The notes under the pieces are model-generated. The model saw nothing but the letters and a program-made list of their open reading frames with translations. It searched no databases and was not told the DNA's origin. A DNA stretch of 61,998 bases, taken from contig JAAYLR010000235.1 of the NCBI GenBank assembly GCA_012521815.1, positions 1 through 61,998 of the forward strand, read 5' to 3'. How positions within the stretch are numbered: the first letter of the stretch is position 1; the number at the start of each line of letters is the position of its first letter. Positions 37,226 through 46,988 of the stretch are shown piece after piece. This stretch comes from Acidobacteriota bacterium. Lineage in GTDB: Bacteria; Acidobacteriota; Thermoanaerobaculia; Multivoradales; JAGPDF01. The position numbers and the translations under genes are program-made.

Positions 37226-38914
37226 ATGAAAGACAGAGTGGACAACCCGAAGATCATCTCTCGCACCCTGACAGGCCTCGGACTGACGGCCGCGCTGCTC
37301 GTCGGCCTCGCCGGCCCCGCGGCCGCCGCCGATGCCGCCCAGTGCCGGGGCCACTGGGTCCGCGCCCTGGGCGGTCCCCACGCGGTCACCCGCAAGCCGA
37401 TCAAAGATCTGGCCGACCTCCAGAAGCGCCTGCCCGAGCTCGAGGCCGGCTTCCGCGAGCTGGTCGCCCAGGACGCCTCCCTGTCGCCGGAGATCGCCGA
37501 GGCGCTGATCGCGGCGATCCGGAGCGGGGAAGGGGTGCTCGAGCGCAACGTCTATCGCAAGGAAGAGGTGCGCTGGATGGCGTACCGTCCGGCCCGCGGC
37601 AAGCTCGGGGTGATCGCGCCGCCGTGCATCGACCTCGCGCGCGACTACGCCGCCTTCGAGATCGTCGTCGGCATCGACGATCCGGAGCCGGCGCCGGTGC
37701 CGCCGCCCAACTGCGGCATCGCGGCCACGCGCCAGTGCGAGCGGGAGAACCCGCAGGTCGCGATCGATCTGACCGGCAGCGATCCGGGCGCGCAGGTGAC
37801 GCTGGCCCGCGCCGGCGAGGCGGCTCACGCCATCGCGGTCCCGGGCACGAACTTCACCGTGGCCGACCCGGCGCCGTACAGCGCCGACCTGACCCTCACC
37901 GTCACCGTCACCGCCCCGCCGCCGCCGCAGCGGTTCCGGCACTTCTACCGCTTCCTGCTGCCCAAGACGTGCGGCAACCTCGCCTACTTCGGCCCGGGCG
38001 AGGCCAAGCCGCTGCCGCCGCCGCCGCCCGTCAGCTGCACGAAGAGCGTCGAGGTCGGCCAGTGCGCGCCGTGGTGCGAGATCGACGTCGAGCCGGCCGC
38101 GGTGAAGGTGCACGAGCCGGTGCAGGTGACGATGCGCGGCGGGTTCCACGAGTCGCAGGCGAAGCTCGGGGTCGCGGGTCCGAAGCACGCGACGCCGCTC
38201 GCCGTCACCGCGGCGCCGTTCGCGGTGACCTACGAGCCGCCGGTCCCGAGCTGCCCCGACCAGCCGTACGAGTTCAGCTGCGAGGCGCGCAACGCCGCCG
38301 GCGCCAGCGCCGGCGGGAGCGCCACCGTCACGGCCTCCCACCTGCCGTGGATCCTGCGGCCGTCGCTGCTCGCCTTCTCGCCGACCGACGGCAAGCAGAG
38401 CCGCCACGTGATGATCTGGGACGACCCGGCGCACGAGCGGTTCAAGACCGAGACCGGCTTCGGGCTCGGCCTCGCGCTCGAGCGGCGCTTCAACCAGACC
38501 TGGGGCCTCGAAGTCGGCGGCCTCGCCGGCAAGGCGGACACGAAGTACCGCCTCGATCGCGCCATCGGCACCAGCGGCTCCGCCAGCCACAACGTCACCT
38601 TCTACGCGCTGACCGTCGGCCCGAACCTCCACCTGCTCGGCTGCTGCACGACCGATCTCTACGTCGGCCTGTTCGCCGGCCTCGGCGGGATGGCCGACCC
38701 GAACTACTGGGTCGGTGACCGCCGCCTGCAGGCGACCTTCGACAGCGACTTCGTCTGGGGCGCGCAGCTCGGCCTCGACGTGCCGTTCAAGCCGGTCCGC
38801 GACAGCGGGCTGCACTTCGGCGTGCGGTACATGGGTCTGGAGCAGAAGACCGACATCGGCAAGCTGAAGGTCGATCCGCTGCTCGCCGAGGTGGGCCTCT
38901 TCTTCCGCTTCTGA
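37226..38914 (+). CDS. Outer-membrane protein: uncharacterised Cys-containing N-terminal region (~370 aa) plus a C-terminal beta-barrel ending in Phe
   Basis: 562 aa. It has a signal peptide (..LVGLAGPAAA). The C-terminal ~190 aa show an alternating beta-strand pattern and terminal ..LFFRF. The N-terminal domain matches no family I recognise. Confidence 0.7.
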   Translation: MKDRVDNPKIISRTLTGLGLTAALLVGLAGPAAAADAAQCRGHWVRALGGPHAVTRKPIKDLADLQKRLPELEAGFRELVAQDASLSPEIAEALIAAIRSGEGVLERNVYRKEEVRWMAYRPARGKLGVIAPPCIDLARDYAAFEIVVGIDDPEPAPVPPPNCGIAATRQCERENPQVAIDLTGSDPGAQVTLARAGEAAHAIAVPGTNFTVADPAPYSADLTLTVTVTAPPPPQRFRHFYRFLLPKTCGNLAYFGPGEAKPLPPPPPVSCTKSVEVGQCAPWCEIDVEPAAVKVHEPVQVTMRGGFHESQAKLGVAGPKHATPLAVTAAPFAVTYEPPVPSCPDQPYEFSCEARNAAGASAGGSATVTASHLPWILRPSLLAFSPTDGKQSRHVMIWDDPAHERFKTETGFGLGLALERRFNQTWGLEVGGLAGKADTKYRLDRAIGTSGSASHNVTFYALTVGPNLHLLGCCTTDLYVGLFAGLGGMADPNYWVGDRRLQATFDSDFVWGAQLGLDVPFKPVRDSGLHFGVRYMGLEQKTDIGKLKVDPLLAEVGLFFRF

Positions 38915-38934
38915 TCCTCCTCGGCTGAAACCGA

Positions 38935-38976
38935 CCGGCCGCCGCCGCGCCTCGCGTGGCGGCGGCCGGTGCCGTT
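38935..38976 (+). terminator. Intrinsic terminator after the OMP gene
   Basis: CCGGCCGCCGCC-11 nt-GGCGGCGGCCGG (12-bp perfect stem) is followed by TGCCGTTTCGG. Confidence 0.55.
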
Positions 38977-39062
38977 TCGGGCGGTCCTCCCGCCGTGGCC
39001 TCGGACCGCCGCCGCGCTGGCAGCGGTACCGGCTGCCCCGACCTCGACTAACCTATCCGGCC

Positions 39063-41708
39063 ATGACGACAGCGACGGGGGAGACGGCGCCGGAGCGCGC
39101 CGCCGTTGCGGGCGAGGTGACGACGGCCGGCCGCCGCACCGGACGTCTCGCCGCGCTCTGGACGCGGCTCGAGCACGTCGCGCCGCCGCTCGTGGCGGTG
39201 GCGCTCTTCGCGCTCGCGCTCACGGCGCTGCACCGCGAGCTCGCCACCGTCCACCTCCGGCAGGTGCTCGACGCGGCCCGGGCGCTGGCGCGGCCGCGGC
39301 TCGCCGGCGCGCTCCTGCTGACGCTCGCGAGCTACGGCGTCCTCACCCTCTACGACCGGCTCGGCCTCGCCTATCTCGGCCGGCGGCTCCCCTGGGGGCG
39401 GGTCGCGATGGCCTCCTTCGTCAGCTGCGCCCTGAGCAACAGCGTCGGCCACACGCTGATCGTCGGCGCGCCGGCGCGCTACCGGCTCTACGGCGCGTCG
39501 GGGCTCTCCGCGCTCGACGTCGCCCGGCTCTCGCTCTTCGTGGTCGTCACGTTCTGGGCCGGCTTCTGCGGCCTCGCGGGCGTCGCCTTCACGCTCCTGC
39601 CGCCGGCGCTGCCACCCGCCCTCCACCTGCCGGGGGCGACGGCGCGGCCGCTCGGCTTCGTCCTGCTCGCGCTCCTCGGGGCGTATCTCGCGCTGGTGGC
39701 GCTCCGCCGCCGGCCGTTCGCGATCGGCGGGTGGGAGCTCGAGCTGCCCGCGCCCCGGCTCGCGGTCGCCCAGCTCGCGGTCGCGGTCACCGACTGGATC
39801 GTCGCGGGGAGCGTCCTCTGGCTCCTGCTGCCGGCGGCGTTCACCCCGGCGCCGGGGCGTTTCCTCGCGATCTATCTGCTCGCCCAGCTCGCCGGCATCG
39901 CGAGCCAGGTGCCGGGCGGGCTGGGGGTCTTCGAGACGGTCTTCCTCCTGCTCGCCGGCAGCGGCGAGCCGGCGGCGCTGCTCGGGTCGCTGGTCGTCTT
40001 CCGCTTCCTCTACTACCTCCTGCCGCTGGCGGTGGCGCTCGCGCTGCTCGTTGCACGCGAGCTCGGGCAGCGGCGGGCCGGGCTGCAGCGGGCCGGCCGC
40101 GCGCTCGCGCGGCTGCTGCCGGCGCTCGCCCCGCCGGCGCTCGCCGTGGGCGCCTTCGCCGCCGGCGCCGTCCTGCTCCTGTCGGGAGCGACGCCGGCGC
40201 TGCCGGAGCGGCTGCGGCTGCTCCACGGCCTCGTGCCGCTGCCGGTCGTCGAGGCCTCCCACTTCCTCGGTTCGCTCGCCGGCGCGGGGCTGCTGCTGCT
40301 CGCCCGCGGCCTCGAACGCCGCCTCGATGCCGCCTGGCTGCTCGCCTCCCTGCTGCTCGCCGTCGGCATCGGGGCGAGCCTCCTCAAGGGTTTCGACTAC
40401 GAGGAGGCGCTCCTGCTCGCCGCGCTGCTCGGAGCGCTGCTGCCGGCGCGCCGGAGCTTCTACCGCCGCTCCGCGCTGCTCGCCCAGCCGTTCACGGCGG
40501 GCTGGAACGCGGCGATCGCGCTGGTGCTGATCGGCACGACCTGGCTCGGCCTCTTCGCGCACAAGCACGTCGCCTGGGCGCACGAGCTCTGGTGGCGGTT
40601 CGCGCTGCACGGCGACGCGCCGCGCTTCCTGCGCGCCACGGTCGGCGTGCTCGCGCTCCTCGTGCTCGTCGCGGCGGCGCGGCTGCTGCGCCCGGCCGCG
40701 GCGGCACCCGCCGCGCCGGGAGCGGCCGACCTCGAGCGCGCGGCGGCCGTCGTCGCCCGCTCCCGGGCGACCGGCGCCCACCTCGCGCTGCTCGGCGACA
40801 AGCGCCTGCTCTGGCACCCCGGCGGCGCGGCGTTCCTCATGTACGGCGTCGAGAACCGGTGCTGGATCGCCATGGGCGATCCGGTCGGCGCTGCGGCCGA
40901 GCAGCGCGAGCTCGCCTGGGAGTTCCGCGACCTGGTCGATCGCCACGATGGCTGGACGGTCTTCTACCAGGCGCGGCCCGAAAGCCTCCATCTCTATCTC
41001 GACCTCGGCCTCTCGCTGCTCAAGCTCGGCGAGGCGGCCCGCGTGCCGCTGCCCGGCTTCTCGCTCGCCGGCCCGGAGCGCAAATGGCTGCGGCACGTCG
41101 ACCGCAAGCTCGCCCGGGAGGGGGTGCGCTTCGAGGTGGTCGCGGCGGCGGCGGTCCCCGCGCATCTCGACGCGATGCGCGAGATCTCCGACTGCTGGCT
41201 CGCCACCCGCGCGACCCGCGAGAAAGGCTTCTCGCTCGGCCGCTTCGCGCCCGACTACCTGCGCCGCTGCCCGGCCGCGCTCGTCTGGCAGGGGGAGCGG
41301 CTGGTGGCGTTCGCCAACCTCTGGCTCGGGGCCGACCGCGAAGAGCTCTCGCTCGACCTCATGCGCCACCTGCCGGCCGCGCCGGCGGGGGTGATGGACT
41401 ACCTCTTCCTGCAGCTCGCGCTCTGGGGCCGCGACCAGGGCTACGGCTGGCTCGACCTCGGCATGGCGCCGCTCTCCGGTCTCGAGGAGCGCCGCCTGGC
41501 GCCGCTCTGGAGCCGGGCCGGCGCGCTCGCCTTCCGGCACGGCGAGCACTTCTACAACTTCCAGGGCCTGCGGCAGTTCAAGGAGAAGTTCGAACCGCTC
41601 TGGGAGCCGCGCTACCTCGCCTCTCCCGGCGGCCTCGCGCTGCCGCGCGTGCTCGCGAGCCTCGCGACGCTGATCGGCGGCGGCGCCCGGGGGGCGCTCG
41701 CCCGCTGA
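39063..41708 (+). CDS. mprF: Bifunctional lysylphosphatidylglycerol flippase/synthetase
   Basis: 881 aa. The N-terminal ~14 TM helices include FRFLYYLLPL. The C-terminal DUF2156/LPG-synthase domain reads FYQARPE...KLGEAARV...FSLGRF...NFQGLRQFKEKF. Confidence 0.85.
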   Translation: MTTATGETAPERAAVAGEVTTAGRRTGRLAALWTRLEHVAPPLVAVALFALALTALHRELATVHLRQVLDAARALARPRLAGALLLTLASYGVLTLYDRLGLAYLGRRLPWGRVAMASFVSCALSNSVGHTLIVGAPARYRLYGASGLSALDVARLSLFVVVTFWAGFCGLAGVAFTLLPPALPPALHLPGATARPLGFVLLALLGAYLALVALRRRPFAIGGWELELPAPRLAVAQLAVAVTDWIVAGSVLWLLLPAAFTPAPGRFLAIYLLAQLAGIASQVPGGLGVFETVFLLLAGSGEPAALLGSLVVFRFLYYLLPLAVALALLVARELGQRRAGLQRAGRALARLLPALAPPALAVGAFAAGAVLLLSGATPALPERLRLLHGLVPLPVVEASHFLGSLAGAGLLLLARGLERRLDAAWLLASLLLAVGIGASLLKGFDYEEALLLAALLGALLPARRSFYRRSALLAQPFTAGWNAAIALVLIGTTWLGLFAHKHVAWAHELWWRFALHGDAPRFLRATVGVLALLVLVAAARLLRPAAAAPAAPGAADLERAAAVVARSRATGAHLALLGDKRLLWHPGGAAFLMYGVENRCWIAMGDPVGAAAEQRELAWEFRDLVDRHDGWTVFYQARPESLHLYLDLGLSLLKLGEAARVPLPGFSLAGPERKWLRHVDRKLAREGVRFEVVAAAAVPAHLDAMREISDCWLATRATREKGFSLGRFAPDYLRRCPAALVWQGERLVAFANLWLGADREELSLDLMRHLPAAPAGVMDYLFLQLALWGRDQGYGWLDLGMAPLSGLEERRLAPLWSRAGALAFRHGEHFYNFQGLRQFKEKFEPLWEPRYLASPGGLALPRVLASLATLIGGGARGALAR

Positions 41709-41739
41709 GGCGGAGCGCCGTCCCGCGCCTCTTCGCGGC

Positions 41740-41943
41740 CTACTCCCCCGGCCGGCGCAGGGGCATCACGATCCAGAGCAGGACGTAGACGAGGATCCCC
41801 GGGAACGCCGCCGAGAGGATCGAGCCGAGGACGTAGACCACGCGCAGGAGCGTGGGGTCGAGGCCGAAGTGGTCGGCGAGACCGCCGATCACCCCGGCGA
41901 TCATCCGGTGGTCGGGCGAGCGGCGGAGCGGACGCGGGCTCAT
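41740..41943 (-). CDS. PspC-domain small membrane protein
   Basis: 67 aa. The sequence reads LRRSPDHRMIAGVIGGLADHFGLDPTLLRVVYVL plus one TM helix. Confidence 0.7.
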   Translation of the reverse strand: MSPRPLRRSPDHRMIAGVIGGLADHFGLDPTLLRVVYVLGSILSAAFPGILVYVLLWIVMPLRRPGE

Positions 41944-41987
41944 GCGGTCACCTCCTGTCCGGCAGTACGCAGGATCGCGGGGCGTAG

Positions 41988-44672
41988 TTGCGTGCGGTGG
42001 TGGCGGCCGCGTTACGATCGCGGGGCCGGTCCTCTCGCCGGACCGGGATCGGAGTGCCCGTGTCCCTGCTCGCCACCCTCCTCCTCACCGTCACCCTGGC
42101 CGGCTCGCCGCTCGCTCCGGCCGCCGCCTACGATCCCGCGATCCCCGCGCCCGCGACCGTCCTCGGCCACGAGCTCGGCGCCGAGGTGAGCACGCCGGAA
42201 GAGATCGCGGCCTGCCTCGGCGCGCTCGCCGCCGCCGCCCCGGACCGGGCGCGGCTCGTCGAGTACGCGCGCAGCTGGGAGGGGCGGCCGCTCCACCTGC
42301 TCGTGATCGGCTCGCGCGAGCGGATGGCGCGGCTCGAAGAGGTGCGCGCGGGCCTCGCCCGGCTCGCCGACCCCCGCGATCTCGCCGCCGCCGACGAGGC
42401 GCGGCTGGTGCGCGAGCTGCCGGTCGCGGTCTGGGTGCTCGCCGCCGTGCACGGCAACGAGCTCTCGCCGAGCGAGGCGGCGCTCGCGCTCGCCTACCAC
42501 CTGCTCGCCGCCCGGGGCGACCCGGAGGTCGAGCGGATCCTCGCCGCCACGCTGGTCCTCGTCGATCCGCTCCAGAACCCCGACGGACGCGCCCGCTTCG
42601 TCCACCAGAACCTCCTCGGCCGCGCCGCCGAGCCCGATCCCGAGCCGGCCGCCGCCGAGCACGACGAGCCGTGGCCGGGCGGCCGCGGGAACCATTACCT
42701 CTTCGACCTGAACCGCGACTGGATCGCGATGTCGCAGCCCGAGACGATCGGCCGGGGGCGGCTCTTCGGCGACTGGCACCCCCAGGTGGTGGTCGACCTC
42801 CACGAGATGTGGGGGGACGCGACCTACTTCTTCGCGCCACCCGCCGAGCCGCACCATCCGCTCATCAGCGGCACCCAGCGGCGCTGGCTCGACCGCTTCG
42901 GGGCCGCCAACGCCGCCACCTTCGACGCGCGCGGCCTGCCCTACTTCACCCGCGAGATCTTCGACTCGTTCTTCCCCGGCTACGGCGAGAGCTGGCCGCT
43001 GCTCCACGGCGCGATCGGCATGACGTTCGAGCAGGCGTCGAGCCGCGGGCTCCGCTTCCGGCGCCGCGACGGGAGCCTCCTGCGCTACGAGGAGACGATC
43101 GTGGCGCACCTCGCCGCGACGCTCTCGACGCTTGCCACCGCCGCCGCCCACCACGAGGAGCTCCTCGCCGATTTCGTGGGCGAACGGCGCGGCGCGGTGG
43201 CCGAGGGGCTCGCCGGCGATGCACGCGAGCTCTGGTTCGCGGCCGGCGACGATCCGGCCCGGGCCGAATGGCTCGCCCGCGCCCTCGCACGCCAGGGGAT
43301 CGAGGTCGAGCAGGCCGCCGAGCCGCTCCGCTTCCCCGACGGCCGCACGCTCCCGGCCGGGAGCTTCGGGGTGCCGCTCGCGCAGCCGGCCGGACGGCTC
43401 GCCCGGACGCTGCTCGTCGCCCACACCCCGCTCGATGCCGCCTTCGTCGCCGCGCAGGACCGCCGCCGCGGGAAGCATCTCGAAAGCGAGATCTACGACG
43501 TCACCGCCTGGAGCCTCGCCGAGCTCGCCGACGTCGAGCTCGTGCCGGCCGCCACCCCGCGACCCGGCCGCCGCGTCCGGTACGACCCGCAGGCGCCGGC
43601 CGCGGCGCCCGAGCCGCTGCCGCCCGCCCGGGTCGCCTACCTCGCCCCGTGGGGGCTCGGCACCGCCAGCGCCACCGTGGCGGCGCTCGCCGACGGCCTG
43701 CAGGCGCAGGTGGCGGAGCGGCCGTTCCGGCTCGCCGGGCGGGAGTGGCCCGCCGGCACCGCGATCTTCCGCGTCGCCGGCAACCCGCCCGACCTCGCCA
43801 CGCGCCTGGCCGCGCTCGCCCGGCGCCACGGCACCACCTTCACGGCGGCCGACTCGGGCTTTCCGGAGAGCGGCATCGCCCTCGGCAGCGACCGGGTGCG
43901 GCGGCTCGCCCCCCGGCGGGTGCTCCTCGCCTGGGGCGAGCCGGCCTCGTCGCTCTCGGCCGGGGCCGTGCGCTTCGTCCTCGAGCGCCGCTTCGGCCAG
44001 GCGGTGAGCGCGGTGCGTCTCCGCGCGCTCCGCCGCGCCGACCTCTTCCGCTACGACGTGCTCGTCCTCCCCGCGGGCGACTACGCCGAGGCGCTCACCG
44101 GTCCCGACCTCGAGCGGCTCCGGAGCTGGCTGCGCGAGGGAGGCACGCTCGTGACCCTCGGCGAGGCGTCGCGCTGGGCGGCGGGGGAGAAGGCGGGGCT
44201 GCTCGCGGCGCGGCCGGAGCAGCGCGACGGACGCCCCGAGGGGAGCGAGAAGCCCCCGGCGGCCAGCGCCGCGCCGGCGCCGGCGCCGGAGAGCGCCTCC
44301 GCCCCGGGCGCCGAGCAGCCCGAGGAGACGCCCGGAGCGCTCCTCCGCGTCGAGCTCGACCCGGAGCACTGGCTCGCCGCCGGCAGCGACGGCGAGGTGC
44401 AGGTGATGGTCGAAGGGCGCCGGGTCTTCACCCCGCTGTCGTCCGACCGGGGGCGCAACGCCGGCCTCTACGCCGCCGCCGAGCGGCTGGTGGCCGCCGG
44501 GCTGGTCTGGCCCGAGGCGCGCCAGGCGCTCGCCGGCAAGGCCTACCTGGTCGAGCAGCCGGTCGGCCGCGGGCGGGTGATCGCTTTTGCCGAGGATCCG
44601 GCCTTCCGGGGGATGGCGCCCGCCACCGAGCTGCTCCTGCTCAACGCGGTCCTCCTCGGACCGGCGTTCTAG
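41988..44672 (+). CDS. Secreted M14-family zinc carboxypeptidase-like protein with a large C-terminal extension
   Basis: The sequence reads VWVLAAVHGNELSPSEAAL.LAYHL and NPDGR, with a signal-like LLATLLLTVTLAG. The start is uncertain: TTG 41988 gives an RR-containing n-region, and GTG 42054/42060 are alternatives. Confidence 0.75.
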   Translation: MRAVVAAALRSRGRSSRRTGIGVPVSLLATLLLTVTLAGSPLAPAAAYDPAIPAPATVLGHELGAEVSTPEEIAACLGALAAAAPDRARLVEYARSWEGRPLHLLVIGSRERMARLEEVRAGLARLADPRDLAAADEARLVRELPVAVWVLAAVHGNELSPSEAALALAYHLLAARGDPEVERILAATLVLVDPLQNPDGRARFVHQNLLGRAAEPDPEPAAAEHDEPWPGGRGNHYLFDLNRDWIAMSQPETIGRGRLFGDWHPQVVVDLHEMWGDATYFFAPPAEPHHPLISGTQRRWLDRFGAANAATFDARGLPYFTREIFDSFFPGYGESWPLLHGAIGMTFEQASSRGLRFRRRDGSLLRYEETIVAHLAATLSTLATAAAHHEELLADFVGERRGAVAEGLAGDARELWFAAGDDPARAEWLARALARQGIEVEQAAEPLRFPDGRTLPAGSFGVPLAQPAGRLARTLLVAHTPLDAAFVAAQDRRRGKHLESEIYDVTAWSLAELADVELVPAATPRPGRRVRYDPQAPAAAPEPLPPARVAYLAPWGLGTASATVAALADGLQAQVAERPFRLAGREWPAGTAIFRVAGNPPDLATRLAALARRHGTTFTAADSGFPESGIALGSDRVRRLAPRRVLLAWGEPASSLSAGAVRFVLERRFGQAVSAVRLRALRRADLFRYDVLVLPAGDYAEALTGPDLERLRSWLREGGTLVTLGEASRWAAGEKAGLLAARPEQRDGRPEGSEKPPAASAAPAPAPESASAPGAEQPEETPGALLRVELDPEHWLAAGSDGEVQVMVEGRRVFTPLSSDRGRNAGLYAAAERLVAAGLVWPEARQALAGKAYLVEQPVGRGRVIAFAEDPAFRGMAPATELLLLNAVLLGPAF

Positions 44673-44703
44673 CCGCCGCCCGGCGCCGGGTGCCGCCCGG
44701 CGC

Positions 44704-46077
44704 TCAGACCGGCTCGAAGGTCGCCGTGAAGTGCGGCAGCACCGCGGGGCGCTCGCGGAAGCGCAGGCCGCGGATCGTCTCCCGGCGGGCGTAGAGCTCC
44801 GCCATCCCCTCGACGAGGTAGTCCATATGGCTCTGGGTGTAGACCCGCCGCGGGATCGCGAGGCGCACGAGGTCGAGGTCGGGCCAGCTCCAGACGCCGG
44901 TGTCGGGATCGGGGTGGCCGAACATCACGTTGCCGATCTCGCAGGCGCGCACCCCGAGCTCGGTGTACATCGCCACCGAGAGCGACCAGCCGGGGAACTG
45001 CTCGTCGCGCAGGTGCGCGCAGAAGCGGCGGCCGTCGACGTAGATCGCGTGCCCGCCGTACGGCTTGAGCACCGGCACGCCGGCCTCCGTGAGGTGGCGG
45101 CCGACGTAGGCGGTCGAGGCGATCCGGTAGCGGAGGTAATCCTCGTCGAGGATCTCCTCGAGGCCGATGGCAAGCGCCTCGAGATCGCGCCCCGCGAGGC
45201 CGCCGTAGGTCGGGAAGCCCTCGGTGAGGATCAGGTTCGTGCGCACCTTCTCGGCCCAGGCGTCGTCCTCGAGCGCGATCACGCCGCCGATGTTGCCGAA
45301 GGCGTCCTTCTTCATGCTCATCACCGCGCCGTCGGCGAGCGAGAAGAGCTCGCGCGCGATCTCGAACGGGCTCTTCTCCGCGTAGCCCGGCTCGCGCTGC
45401 TTGACGAACCAGGCGTTCTCGGCGAAGCGGGCGCAGTCGATGAAGAGCGGGATCGAGAAGCGCTCCGCGAGCTGGCGCGCGGCGCGCAGGTTCTCGTGCG
45501 AGACCGGCTGGCCGCCGCGCGAGTTGTTCGTGACCGTCATGAGGACGAACGGGATCTTCTCGCGGCCGTGCCGGGCGAGCGTCTCCTCGAGCGCGGCGAG
45601 GTCGACGTTCCCCTTGAACGGGAAGTCGCTGTCGAGATCGGAGGCCTCCGCGACCGGCAGATCGAGGGCGACCGCCCCGGAGGCCTCGATGTTCGCCCGC
45701 GTGGTGTCGAAGTGGGTGTTGCCGGGGACGATCTGCCCGGGCCGGACGAGGGCGTTGCAGAGCAGCCGCTCGGCGGCGCGCCCCTGGTGGGTGGGGATGA
45801 CGTGCTTGTAGCCGAAGATCCGCCGCACCGAGCTCTCGAAGCGGAAGAAGCTGCGAGCGCCGGCGTACGACTCGTCCCCCTCCATCACCCCGGCCCACTG
45901 CCGGGCGCTCATCGCCGCGGTGCCGGAGTCGGTGAGCAGGTCGATGAGCACGTCGTCGGCGTGGAGACGGAACGGGTTGTAGCCGGCCGCGGCGATGAGC
46001 CGCTCGCGCTCCGCGCGCTCCGTGAAACGGATCGGTTCGACGACCTTGATGCGGAACGGCTCGATGATGGTCTTCAC
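44704..46077 (-). CDS. Beta-eliminating lyase: tryptophanase / tyrosine phenol-lyase family (PLP-dependent)
   Basis: 457 aa. The sequence reads EPFRIKVVEPI...AGYNPF.L...VLIDLLTDSGT.AMS..QWAG...THQGRAAE...SMKKD...GGLAGRD.EA. TnaA and Tpl cannot be separated by eye. Confidence 0.85.
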   Translation of the reverse strand: MKTIIEPFRIKVVEPIRFTERAERERLIAAAGYNPFRLHADDVLIDLLTDSGTAAMSARQWAGVMEGDESYAGARSFFRFESSVRRIFGYKHVIPTHQGRAAERLLCNALVRPGQIVPGNTHFDTTRANIEASGAVALDLPVAEASDLDSDFPFKGNVDLAALEETLARHGREKIPFVLMTVTNNSRGGQPVSHENLRAARQLAERFSIPLFIDCARFAENAWFVKQREPGYAEKSPFEIARELFSLADGAVMSMKKDAFGNIGGVIALEDDAWAEKVRTNLILTEGFPTYGGLAGRDLEALAIGLEEILDEDYLRYRIASTAYVGRHLTEAGVPVLKPYGGHAIYVDGRRFCAHLRDEQFPGWSLSVAMYTELGVRACEIGNVMFGHPDPDTGVWSWPDLDLVRLAIPRRVYTQSHMDYLVEGMAELYARRETIRGLRFRERPAVLPHFTATFEPV

Positions 46078-46316
46078 GGTGGGGGGACCTCCTGGAACCG
46101 AGATTATCCGCCCGCCCCGCCCGCGGCCCCGCGCCAGCGGGTGGGAACCCGGCCCTTCCGGCGGCCCCGGCCCGGGGAATCGGGGCTAGGATCCGGGGTG
46201 GCACTCTCCCCTCGCACCGCATCGGCCCGGTCGCCGGGGCTCCGGGATCGGAGAGCGTCCGCGGGGGACGGGTCCGGCCAGCGCCGCGGCAGCGCGGGCG
46301 GAAAGGAGAGGGAGCG

Positions 46317-46940
46317 ATGCGCAAGTACCTCACCGAGTTCATCGGCACCTTCTTTCTCGTCTTCACGGTCGCGATGGCGGCCGTCGCCGGGCACGCCGGC
46401 GACTTCGCCGGCCTCGCCTACGGCGGCGTGCTGATGGTCATGGTCTTCGCCGGCCGCCATCTCTCGGGCGGGCATTACAACCCGGCGGTCTCGCTCGCGG
46501 CCTGGCGCCGCGGCAGCCTCGCCGGGCGGGAGATGGTCAACTACTGGGTCGCGCAACTGCTCGCCGGCGCGCTCGCCGCCGCCCTCGCGAGCCAGCTCTT
46601 CGGCGTCGCGGCCGCCTCGCCGCTCCCGCTCGTGCGCAGCCAGGCGCTCACCGCCGAGCTCCTCTTCACCTTCGCCCTCGCCTGGGTGGCGCTGCTCGTG
46701 ACCACCGCGAAGGCGACCCACGGCAACGCCTTCTCCGGCCTCGCGGTCGGCTTCACGGTCGTCGCCGGCGTCTACGCCGTGGGCCCGCTCTCCGGCGCCG
46801 CCTTCAACCCGGCGGTGGCGGCCGGGATCGGGATCCTCGGCACGCTCGGCTGGCGCGACGTCGTCGGCTACTGGCTCGTGCAGCTGGTCGCCGGCGCCTT
46901 CGCCGGCCACCTCTTCCGCTACCTCCACCCGCGCGAGTAG
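46317..46940 (+). CDS. MIP-family channel (aquaporin-like)
   Basis: 207 aa. It has two NPA boxes (HYNPAVSLA, AFNPAVAAG) and six TM helices. Confidence 0.85.
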   Translation: MRKYLTEFIGTFFLVFTVAMAAVAGHAGDFAGLAYGGVLMVMVFAGRHLSGGHYNPAVSLAAWRRGSLAGREMVNYWVAQLLAGALAAALASQLFGVAAASPLPLVRSQALTAELLFTFALAWVALLVTTAKATHGNAFSGLAVGFTVVAGVYAVGPLSGAAFNPAVAAGIGILGTLGWRDVVGYWLVQLVAGAFAGHLFRYLHPRE

Positions 46941-46988
46941 GTGACGGCGGCCGGAACGGTTTCGCCGGGGCGGTATGCTCGCCCCCCC

